Shown: piece by piece, positions 14,235-25,643 of the stretch | How the letters are laid out: each line of letters begins with the position of its first letter | Numbering within the stretch: the stretch's first letter is position 1 | Program-made: the position numbers and the translations under genes | Notes under the pieces: generated by a model | Seen by the model: the letters and a program-made list of their open reading frames with translations, nothing else | What the model was told of the DNA's origin: nothing | The model's database searches: none | Assembly: GCA_016748015.1 (NCBI GenBank) | Contig: JAAOMT010000741.1 | Span: 824,943 to 888,942 of the forward strand | Length of the DNA stretch: 64,000 nt | Origin: Geosiphon pyriformis uo1 | Lineage: Eukaryota > Fungi > Glomeromycota | Direction of reading: 5' to 3'

Positions 14235-17200
14235 ATATAATTCTACAGAGAACCTGCACCAACAACAACCATCCAAACAGTGACAGAATCTGAAAAAATA
14301 GGAACAAACCATTTGGGATTTGCAAAATCCTTATTCCAATATTATTACACCCATCTCAGATTAACAAATAATAGTTGGCCAACAGAATCAGCTTTCAATT
14401 GCTATGTCAATGAGAAAATTATATATCATTTAAGAGACCAAAGAGATCCAAAATCCACTTTCAACAATTTTTTTAGTAAACTACTCTAAAGCACTACCCT
14501 TCTGCAAAATTATTTATTCACATCATTAATCACAGAAATAAACAGGAAAATTGAAAAATACACCAAACAAAAATTTCTTATCATGTTTGCTGATAAAAAA
14601 AAAAGAAGGCTACAAACACCAGCAGGAATCCCAAAGCAAATTTAACTACCCACTTGGAAGAAACAAAAATTTGATTCACTGACCAATCTATTGTATCATC
14701 ACACACCTAGAAGTACTATCAATATAACATTAACAAACACATCTACCACAAATGTGATAACACTATTAAACAAGATTCCATTCTAAAGTAAACAAAAAAA
14801 AACAGAATTACTAGAAACATATGGTGATTATTTTGAAGAATTTAAATTATGATTCCTAACACCATCAGAAATTTAATCACTACCACCACAACCAGATTTT
14901 GGAGTCATTAGTCCTTGGAAAATAACTGACTCTGAAGAAAAAAAAGGTAGCAATTGGGAAAATAATAACCAAAACACAATTCTAAAAAAACCAGAAATTG
15001 GAACTCTGGTTAATCAAACCTTAAAAAACCAGAATAATCAAAACTCCAACATTAATAATCAACAATACTTACCTCCAGTAATCATGATCAATCCACCACC
15101 AGCTTCACCAATCAACAAACAGCAACAACAACAGCAACAATCACAACCACCACAACCACGACAACCACCACAACAGCAATAACTACAACAACAACCACAA
15201 CTGCAATCACAACTATCATTAATACAAATAGCATATGCACCCATTGCCAAAATTAAAAAATTTTCTAGTGAAGAGAATGACACTTAAATGTGGATTAATG
15301 ACATCACCAAAGCCATTACCACTAATAACTGGAATAATACCAGAGCCCTTCAAGTAATCCCCTATTTTCTTTAAGATGCTGTTGACTTGTGGTATCATAG
15401 TCTAGCTCAGAAACCTCAGACATTTGATGCATTTAAATTAGAATTTTTAAGATATTTTAATAACAGCAACAGCATCAACTATCTAGCCAATACTTTTACC
15501 ACAATTAAACAAGGAGACACTGAAGCAGTTACTACTTATTTGGAATGTTTCTATCGAAATCTGTGCCAAATACAAGCCATTAACACCAATTATTTTACTG
15601 CAGCCCAGATTCTAAATCAGTTTATTCATGGATTGCACAGTAGCATCCTGCAACACATATGTCCAATATATTCACAAACTCTCCAAAACATAGTTACCAA
15701 TGCACAAGATTTTGAATCTGCTAAACTCAAAGCTAACCATGCTCAAGCTGTCAATTTAGTGATGAATAGATTATCTGAATTGGATTCTAAGCTAAAACAA
15801 TTCAGTAATTCTATTGACAAAATTGGAGGGATACTTAGCTAACAATCAGGCAATTTATCAACCTCCACAACAATGCAACAATCAAGGAACTGTGAATCGT
15901 TTTCAGAATCAGTCACATTTATTATCCTTCACCAATCAACAGTGGCAACAGGAAACATGTGTTTGCCACTACTGTGGTAAACAAAGATATTTGAAAATCA
16001 ACTGCAGATTAAGAATAGATAACCAATAATCAGGAAATCAATGACAAAACCCCAATTGCCAATTTCAAACTCCAAGTTATCAATCAAACTCAGAACTATA
16101 TCAACCAAATTACATATCTATAACACAGCAACAAATTTATCACCCACCAATTTATCAGCCAACAACACCCATTATTTATTAACTGCAGTCCCAACCCATT
16201 TATCAGTTGTAGCCTCAGGTAATTTATCAATCCTAACAAATTCAAACACTATCTTAGAACTTATCTCAAAACAAAATCCAAAGGCCAAGACTGACACAAC
16301 AAAGCTGAAGATTGTTAATAGTAGTTTATTAACTGATTCCTAGTTCTTTCATGCAACCATCAGGATCTCGACAATAGAATTCAGACACCAGATACACCCA
16401 AAACCTGAATTTCCAGAACTATTTAAGTTTCTTGGTCACCCCAAAAGATGCCACATCTAACAAATTCAAAGCCAACCAAAAGCCACTTACTAACAATATT
16501 CTACCAACAACCATTATGGAGAACAAATCACTTACTGTTATTTTTCTGTTTAAACTCAAAGAACCAGTTGAAATGTCACTATTCAGTGGAACTGCTCTAG
16601 AATCAAAACCCATTATTGCGATGTATACAGATGCTAAAGTTGATGGGCAGCACATAAAACTGATCCTAAAGAGTAGATCAGCTGGTAGTATCATTACAAA
16701 ACAACTCATGGACCAATTAGATTACCAAGTTGATTGCACTGTAAGTGCCAGAATCATAACAGCTGATGGAGTAATCAAAATTCTGATCAGCAAGATAGAC
16801 AACTTACCTATTGAAATCAACAACATTATTGTACTCATCAAAGTTCTTGTGATGGAAGCAACCTAGTACCAAGCACTTGTTGGTAATAACTGGCTGTCCA
16901 AAACCAATATAACACTTGATTAGACCACATAAGAACTATACCTTAGCCAGAACAGTTGACACACACATGTACCAGCCATGTATGGCCATTTCAAGACTAT
17001 CACTCTGTCAGCACTACTGATCAAATTCGAGGAAGAAAAGAAAAAATCTACCTGAAAAACCTACCACATGTTCTGAGCCAATAAAAATCACAATAAGCTA
17101 TCACCAATACTCTTTTAGGATGACAAAGAAAAAAAAAAGTGAAAAGAAAAATCTATCTGGAATACCAACCAAGTCTGGAAAACTGACAACAATTAGAACA

Positions 17201-18232
17201 AACTAACAACAACTTGGGAGTAGAAAAAAGATAACAATAAGGGAAAAGAGAAAGAAGAAGAAAATCTAACACCAACTACTTATAGCCCATATGCTTACTC
17301 TTCATTACAGCCATCTAACTATTGCCAATCAAAATTGGTATGTGTAGATTGCGGCAAGAAATTGTTGTTAATGGGTGCATGCTGTGGTGATGATGAGGAA
17401 TACTCTATAGCAACAAAGTTATATTGTTGGTCATGTGTTATAGAACAGTTTGAACATCCAAAAAGACAAAGAAAATAGGATAATAAAATCTTGTCTTGCA
17501 TATAGAACTATTTTATCTGACAAAAGAATGTGGAATAATATTCCTAAACAAGAAAAAATGTGCAACGAAACATGCCAGTATACTATCCTGATAAATGACT
17601 AGATACACAAAAGAACTTCAATTGACAATGCCTAGAAAAGAACATTGTGACAATTGGAAAGATATCCTCATGACAAACATAAAATCTGGAGAATAGCAAG
17701 TGCAAAAGCAAAAGATACCACTACCAGTGAGTTATTAGAAATTAAGAATAACTCACTTTTACTGTCTGAACCTGAATACATCCTCACCTTCAACATTTTT
17801 GGCAATATTGAAGATGATCCAGAAGAATTCCATGAACATTACCAGCAATTAGCACTCATTAAGAAAAAACAAGAGCAGCATTTAGAGCAGTTGAATACTC
17901 GATTATGTTAACACTGCTTAATTTTCTATGACTTCCAGTATTGTAATAAGTGTAATCTTATTTACAATTCACTACCACACATAGTCTACATAATCCCAAA
18001 AGAAAACGAATCAATCAGCAGTTGTGCATCAGAATTAGAACCAACTTCCAATCCTGATTCAAACTCCAACAATGACAATAACAACAAAAACAATGGTTCC
18101 AGCTCTGCTTAATATGACAACAAAAATAATAGCAATTCAAACTCTGATTCAAACTCCAAACAATACATTGCACTCCCTGATCTTAACAAGAAGCAAAAAC
18201 TGAAATAGTTTAGTGATAATAATGAAGATATT

Positions 18233-18630
18233 ATGCCAGAATGTGCACATGATACTAATGCAGAGTTTGATCTAAGTTATCTGAGAAAAAATCCCATTAA
18301 ATTGGAATCTCATTCACATATCTGTATTGATCTCAAAATAGCATTGAAAATTCCAGCAACAACAATGGTTCAGTTAGCATCTAAAAATAGCTTAGCCAAA
18401 AAAGAAATCAATATCAGAAAAAAAATAACTAATACAGAATATGTAGGAAATATCATTACTATATTACAAAATAACTCAAAAAAGACATATATTATAGATC
18501 CAAACAAAAAAATAGCACAAGCAATATTTCTGACTTTGGTTAAAATAGCTCAATTAGTATCAGTAAGAAACAGAGAAGAATTAGCAATAACAGCAAAAGA
18601 AATACAGGGATTTGAATCAACAGGTAGAAT
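18233..18630 (+). pseudogene. dut: Trimeric dUTPase domain within pol of element A
   Basis: AH.T.A.FDL (motif 1), QLAS(R)SSLAK (motif 2), decayed G(G)IID.GY.G (motif 3), KIAQ (motif 4) and (R)GIQGFESTG (motif 5). Same domain in B at 29795-30192. Confidence 0.9.
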
Positions 18631-18828
18631 AGATGTACCAGTTAATATGACAAAGGAAAAGGTTAGTGACAAGAGAGAAATTATCTCCACCTGTTAATTA
18701 ATTTTTATTCTACCATATGACCAGTATATGTTAGCCATAAAAAAAGAAGTAAAAGATCAAGCTCAGTTGTTTGAAGCAGAAGCCACCATCTGCAAATCAG
18801 GAAAGATTGGACTTACTAATCTTTACAT

Positions 18829-19724
18829 TGTTACTGGAGGTTTTTGGTCTCTTTTCTTAAATGTTGTTGATGCTTGTTTGCTGTTTTATTCACGACTAGA
18901 GGAAGTAGTTGAACCTTCGATAACTGAATTTATCTTCAAATTATCTCCTATAATTTGAACCGCTGGGCTTATAAGTGGAATGGCCAATTCTGTGCCAGTT
19001 ACTTTATGTAGTTACGTTGTAGTAAATGTCAACTCTTTCCCAGGAATTGCTCGTCTGGAAGCTCACTAAAAATGTGTAGTTACTTTGCTGTGAAAGTCAA
19101 CTCTTCTACAGGAATCTCGTCTGTAGGCTACCCAAATGATTATGATAANNNNNNNNNNNNNNNNNNNNNNNNNNNNNNNNNNNNNNNNNNNNNNNNNNNN
19201 NNNNNNNNNNNNNNNNNNNNNNNNNNNNNNNNNNNNNNNNNNNNNNNNNNNNNNNNNNNNNNNNNNNNNNNNNNNNNNNNNNNNNNNNNNNNNNNNNNNN
19301 NNNNNNNNNNNNNNNNNNNNNNNNNNNNNNNNNNNNNNNNNNNNNNNNNNNNNNNNNNNNNNNNNNNNNNNNNNNNNNNNNNNNNNNNNNNNNNNNNNNN
19401 NNNNNNNNNNNNNNNNNNNNNNNNNNNNNNNNNNNNNNNNNNNNNNNNNNNNNNACTACAAGTTATTTCGCTGAACTATGAATTATTTCGGCCAATTTCC
19501 ATTAATTTCGGCGAATTTTTGCTATGTTATATGGTTCAGGGTATTGTGTAAATTGATCATCTCAATTTCTATGGTCCAAATCGGGTTATTGATTAAATGA
19601 TGATAATTGCTAATTTGATTAAATAATAAGTGAAATTCGAAACGATAATAATATATGCTAATTAATGATAGGAATTATAAAGGAAATTTCATGCTAATTA
19701 ATAGCTAAAATTCTACTGGTAACA
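18829..19724 (-). mobile_element. Young family-C LTR (solo LTR or collapsed full element; contains 306-nt N gap) inserted in element A
   Basis: Termini tgttac...gtaaca with a perfect 4-bp TSD acat (18825-18828 and 19725-19728). The A reading frame resumes after the insert. Its reverse complement resembles the LTR at 37554-38525. Confidence 0.88.
19149..19454. other. Assembly gap (306 N)
   Basis: Run of n characters. Confidence 1.
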
Positions 19725-21387
19725 ACATACCAGCCAAAAGCCCCAAAAACATCAAAATTCTCATTTACAACACAACCAGAACTGTTATCGAGATACCAAA
19801 AGGAACTATTATTAGATACTTAACCACTGAAGTTGAGAATCAACCACCAAACAACATTTTAGATTTTTCACAGCTTTGTAAATATGTGAATATCACATTA
19901 CAAACCATTTATGGACAAAGTAAATATTATCTGCTCCAACCAGAACAATTGGAACAGATGAATATAGGGAATCTAAATTCACTCCAACAAATGCAATTAA
20001 AAATGTTATTTAACAATTTCAGTAACATCTTTGCTAGTAAAAATAAATTTGGTCACACCAACATCATCCAACATCAGATCAATACTGGAAAAGCAATGCT
20101 AATTAAACAAAGAGCATATTGAGTACCACCAGCCAGCCATGAGATCATCTGTTAAGAAATCAACTAAATGTTAAACAATAGACTAATTCAGTCATCGATA
20201 AGTCTATGATTATTACCAATGGTACTAGTCTGAAAGAAAAATGAAAAAATCCACTTTTGTGTAGATTATAAAAAGCTTAATGGTGTTATTCATGGAAATA
20301 GTTATCCAATTTCACGAATTCAGGAGTTATTTGACACTTTTGGGAGAAAGAAATGGTTCTCAACACTGGATTTAGATAGTGGTTACTGGCAAATAGCCAT
20401 GAATTCAGCCAACAAAAAAAAAACAGCATTTATCACAAGAGAAAGAAATTTTGAGTTTGAAGTAATGCCATTTGGATTGATGAATGCTCCAGCAACATTC
20501 CAATAGTTCATAAAAGTTGTATATACTGGACTACTATAGAAATCAGTAGTTGTCTATTTAGACAACATCAATGTGCTTTCCAAAACATTTGATGATCATT
20601 TACATCATCTCCAACAAGTATTTGAAAGACTTAAACAAGCAGAATTGAAATTAAACACAAACAAATGTTTCTTTGGCAAAACGGAACTCAAGTTTTTGGG
20701 ACATGTTGTGAGTAAAGATGGTATCAAAACAGATCCAAATAAGATAGAAATTGTTAAGAACTTTCCAGTATCAAATAATCTCACAGAATTAAGAGCATTC
20801 TTGGGATTTGTTAAATACTACTGCCACTTTATCAAAAACTTTTCTAAAATAGCTCAACCACTATACCAACTCCAAACAAAAAACACCAAATATAAATAGA
20901 CTGAAACTCAACAAAAGACTTTTGATACATTAAGAAGAAAACTTATTCAAGCCCTAGTACTAATCTATTCAGACCATAGCAAGCCATTCATAATTACAAT
21001 CGATGGATCTGGTCAAACATTGGGAGCAGTACTATCACAGAGAGAACCAGATGGAAGAGAATATTCAGTAGCATACATTAGTAGAAGCTTAAGTCTAGCA
21101 GAAAAAACTATGGAACATCAGCATTAAAACACTTAGCAATTTATTGGGCAGTCATCAAATAGAAAGAATATTTGAGTAAGAAGTTTGATGTATACACCAA
21201 TTACAAGGGATTGATTTCAATTCAGAAACAAGAATTTGTAGACAATTGCCATACTAAATAGAAAATAGAACTTTTACCATTCAATTATACAGTATATTAC
21301 AAAAAAGGAAAAGAAAACAAAAATGCCAACAGTCTGTCACAAATAAGACAAATCTAAAAACATTTTAACACAAAAATATAACAAAAA

Positions 21388-22753
21388 ATAAATATACAAA
21401 AATACCAACAATTCTAACATTATATAAATACTCAATTGTTCAAGGAAAAATTATTTTCAAAAGAACAAAACAACATAAAACAACAATCAAAATATTTTAT
21501 TAATTACCAAAATATACTTTACCAAAAAAACAGAAAGAATTCAGATTAACCAACCAGAGTAATCACAAAACCAGAGAAAAAAACAATATTGTTCAATATA
21601 CACTCAAATTCAACAGCAGGACATTTCTATAAAAAAGCAATCATAGAAAAAACCAGACAAAGATACTATTGGCCATCAATATATCCAGACATTATCTAAT
21701 ATGTTCAAAATTGTGATGCTTGTCAGAGAAAAAGAGGAACAAAACCCAGTGAACCACTAAGACCAATCAAAGTAGGACAACCATTTGATCACATTGGAAT
21801 TGATTTAGTCAGACCATTAACAATAACCAGCAGAAGCAACAGATACATTGCAATAGTCATAGACTATCTTACTAAATAGCCAGAAGCAAAAGCCATTCAA
21901 AGAGCAGATGCAGAATCCATTAATGAATTTGTTCATCAAGATTTAATATGTCAACATAGATGTTCAAAAAAACTACTATCAGATCAAAGAACTTACTTTG
22001 TAAATAGAACATTGGCAGAATTAAGTCAAAAATTTGGGATAAAAAGACCATTATCATTATCATACCATCCACAAACAAATGGGTTAGTTGAAAAATTTAA
22101 CAGAATATTGTGTGAAGCTATTACTAATATCAGCCAAGAAAACCAGGACAAATGGAATTTGATTATACCATCAATATTATTTGCTTATTGGACAATGAAG
22201 CAAAACACTACACAAGCAACACTATTTGAATTAGTATACAATAGAACAGCAACATTACCAGTTGAGATAGAAGTAAAGACATATCCAACAGAACCAATAA
22301 CAAAAGAAAATTTTCAAAGAACATTATTAAGAAGAACATATGACTTAATGGAGACACTAGAAAACAAATAGCAAAAAGCAGCTGATAACATCCAAAAGTC
22401 ACAGGAGAAACAAAAAGAAAGACACGATAACCAACTACTAGATAAACCAGTTAAATTCAAGATTGAAGACAAAGTATTTCTATATTGTACTAAAGCAGAA
22501 AAACAATGGAGTGAAAAATTTGACTCCAAATGGAATGAGCCATTTTACATAAAAGAAAGTCTTGGAAATGGAGCTTACAAATTAAGATGGGACAACAAAA
22601 TCTTAGCCAAAGCAGCACATAGTAATTAACTGAAACCATACTATCATATAGTGTTACCATTTACTACAATTAGGAGTACAGCAAATACTAGTCCGACCAG
22701 AAAAGATTTCATGAGATTTGGAGCCAATCATAATCATTGGACCAAATACATAA
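21388..22753 (+). pseudogene. Integrase of element A (HHCC, DDE, GPF module; no chromodomain)
   Basis: H..STAGHF...RYYWP...CDAC, IGIDLV, LLSDQ.T.F, YHPQTNGLVEKFN and KW(D)(G)PFYI. Confidence 0.9.
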
Positions 22754-22783
22754 AATTGAACAATAAAAAAAATATAAAAAAAC

Positions 22784-23443
22784 ATGGTAAACGTGACAAA
22801 AGACTCCAGAAAAATGGAAATCACTAACAATATCCACTCATTAGCACAACAATTCTTCCAACTGATTCAACAACAGAATATAGAAATTATCATCAATCAA
22901 CAAACCATTCAATACCAAAATACCAGAAAGAGACCCAAATACAAAAATCAAAAGAAAACAAAAAACACTATTGACAAAATAATTTTGAAAATAAAATTAG
23001 CAATAAAAGAACCAATAAGTGTTACCACATATCAAGAGTTGACCAAAGAAACTTGGAAATAATAGATACATGAATTTTCAAGAAACTTTTGTTATTTCCA
23101 CTTGAGACAACATTTAAACATTCAAAACTTATACATGGATAAAACAAAACAATTATTTGATACAACAATATTGCAACAACTAGAACAATTTGTGAAAAAA
23201 AACAACATGACTACACAGGCAAGAGCCATCTATTGGCTATATACAGAATTTCAAGACAGATCAGAAATTTTACTTAATCCAGAAATAGATTCTATTACAG
23301 TTAACCAAATGGGAAAAATAACCAACATCTAATTTGAAGAATTACAGAACAAAATAACTTAAGTAATTCTCAAAAAAAAAGTTCAAGAAATACTCAAAGA
23401 TGGAGAATTAGAATTGAGGGATCTCAATGGAGCTCAATATTAA
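22784..23443 (+). pseudogene. Accessory ORF3 (~219 codons, unknown function) between integrase and PPT of element A
   Basis: ATG at 22784 and a single frame to TAA at 23441-23443, interrupted only by stops explicable as G>A/C>T changes. A homologous ORF lies in B (~24995-25643). Confidence 0.75.
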
Positions 23444-23455
23444 AGAAGAAAATAA

Positions 23456-24091
23456 TGTTACTCATAGGAAGTATATTAGCACATAAATTAGCCAATCAGA
23501 AGTAGCCATAGTAAATATGAAATTCCAGAATTCCTCTCAAGAAGAATTGTAAGATTCCAGGAATTTCAGGATTCTTGTACAAAGAATTGCCAGATTTCAG
23601 AATTGCAAAATTCCTCTCAAAAAGAATTATAGGATTCCAGGAATTCCAGGATTTTTAGTGTGAAGAATTAAAAAATTGAGAAATTTCAAGTATGTATATA
23701 TAGCAATAATGTTAGAAGTAGAAAAGACAGATCTCTCAGTTTAGATTTGATCTAAGGAATCTTTCAAACTTATAAATATCAATAAATAATTATTTTCTAT
23801 CTCAAATCCACTCTTCACTATCAACACTTCATGTTGATAGTAATTAATACTTAACCATACTAGAACAATAGCTTTTGATTACAGCTATTGACAGGATACT
23901 AACCATTATTGCCTTGGCTTATTTTTTATTTTTTATTTCCTTTATTTTATTTTTCTTTTCTTTGTTGTTATTACTAATTGATTAAAAGATTAAGCACTGA
24001 GATACAGATGTCATAGGGACTGGTAAAAAATCTGTGAAACAAGGGTAGAACATTCATAGACTTGAGAATAGCTTACCAGGAGAATTGCCAA
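23456..24091 (+). repeat. 3' LTR of element A, truncated at the insertion point of element B; preceded by a purine-rich PPT (23442-23455)
   Basis: Matches 13368-~14010, then switches abruptly to an inverted LTR end (tattacagatg) at 24092. Confidence 0.9.
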
Positions 24092-24972
24092 TATTACAGA
24101 TGATTATTTGGGGTCTTAAAGCAAATAACAAATCCATAACTTGATGCTTGATTGGTACTCTGTTGTAGATATCTAAAGGTTTTATTAATCTGAAGATTTG
24201 TTGTAAAGGCTTTTGTATAATAGACAAAGATTTAACAATTGTTTTCAGTAGCCTCCTGGAATCACAATTCTGTCAAATTTTTTTCTCAGCATGGTGGCTG
24301 GTAATTTTTCTGGTAAGCTATCCTTAAATCTATGAGTATTCTACCCTTGTTTCAAGGGTCTTTTACCAGTCACTATGATATCTGTATCTTAGCGCTTAAT
24401 TCTTAATCAATTTAATAAAATCACAGAAATAACAAAAGAAATAAAATAAAATAAAAGAAGATAAAGAAATAACAAAAGCAATTACAAATTAGTATTCTGT
24501 CAATAGCCATAATTAAGAGCTATTGTTCCAGTGTAGTTAAGTATCAATTACTATCAACATGAAGTGTTGATAGTGGGAGTGGATTTGAGATAGAGAATAA
24601 TTATTTATTGATATTTGTGGATGGAAAGGTTGCTTATATAAAATCTAAACTGAGAGGTTTGTCTTTTCTATTTCTAATACTACCACTATATATACATAAT
24701 TTGGGTTCTACGAGATTGCTCATATTCTCAAGTGATGTGCTATAATTTCTCAAGCAATGCTTATATTGTTGAGCAATGTGCCATATTTTCTTAACATTGC
24801 TCTATATTGCTGAGCAATGTGCCATGATTTTTGACATTGCTCCATATTGCTAAGCAATATGTCATGATTTCTGATATTGCTCCACATTGCTGAGCAATGT
24901 GCTCACTTGCTAACTACTACTCTCTTATTGGTCTACTATTTTTCTATATCTGTTTTCTTTTTATGAGTAACA
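24092..24972 (-). repeat. 3' LTR of element B (~880 bp) with a distinct 40-bp U3 repeat array (~24710-24905)
   Basis: Reverse complement begins tgttactcata. The TATA-to-end part resembles the A LTR, but the array unit is gcacattgctcagcaatgtggagcaatatcagaaatcatg. Confidence 0.9.
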
Positions 24973-25643
24973 TTATTTCTTACTTTTTTTATATTGAGCT
25001 CTGTCAAAATCTTCATTTTGAATTAATTCTAATACTTCTTTTTCAAGTATTGTTTGTTTGACTCTGTTTCTCATGTTTTCTATTTGTGTATTGTTCATTT
25101 TTCCCCATTGGTTAATAGTTATGGTTTTCATGTCCAAGTGTAACAATATTTCTGAATAATTCTGAAATATGTTGTGTATTCAGTACATTGTTTTAACATG
25201 TAGTTAAATTTGCTTTCTTTCCGATAAATTTTTTAATTTGCTGTATTATGTCTTGGTTGAATATTCTCTTGGATTTGTTAATATACAACTCCTAAATATT
25301 CAACTTTTGACCTAACTGGTAGTAGCAATATGATATTAAAAGTCATTCCGTCCATTGCTTCAAATTTTCTTTTGTAAGCTTTTTTGTTGGTACCATAATA
25401 GATATTTTCTCAAAAGTGTTTTTCACTTTTTTTATTAAGTTATCTGTTCAGTTTTTATCATTCTTTGGTGGCCACTGATAAGATATATTCTTTGTCTTTT
25501 TTTGGGTGTTTTGATAACAAATTATTTGGTTGTTAATAACAATTTCCATGTTTAACTGTTGTTGACTTAAGACCTGAAACAATTGTTAAGCTATAGTGTG
25601 AATATGATCTGGTATTTCTATTTTTCTTGGTTGTTTTTGTTGT

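Larger units (their letters stand above)
14217..21357 (+). pseudogene. Gag-PR-(Cys-rich insert)-dUTPase-RT-RNaseH polyprotein of element A, disrupted
   Basis: Gag core W..SLAQKPQTFDAFKLEFL..IKQG.TE.V..Y, zinc knuckle CHYCGKQ..., protease HIKLILKSRSAGSII (LILDSGSA in B), RT FCVDY.KLN, MPFGL.NAPATFQ and YLDN (YLDD in B), RNaseH IDGSGQTLGAVL. Many stops arise from G>A/C>T changes. Confidence 0.9.
13368..24091 (+). mobile_element. Ty3/gypsy LTR retrotransposon A (dUTPase-bearing), decayed; 3' LTR interrupted by element B
   Basis: Direct LTRs start tgttactcata at 13368 and 23456. PBS and PPT are present. Domain order is gag-CCHC-PR-dUTPase-RT-RH-IN. Confidence 0.95.

Noticed and set aside
16041-16343. 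Thr/Ser-rich ORF (also 32072-32389) as a separate gene or programmed frameshift
   Set aside because: It is an alternative frame of the Gln/Pro/Tyr-rich gag-PR linker. The Gln frame accumulates CAA>TAA stops, so the off-frame appears more open.
19072-19551. ORFs spanning the N run
   Set aside because: Artefacts of the assembly gap.
22784-23443. ORF3 as an envelope gene
   Set aside because: No signal peptide, furin site or transmembrane segment is visible, and it is too short.
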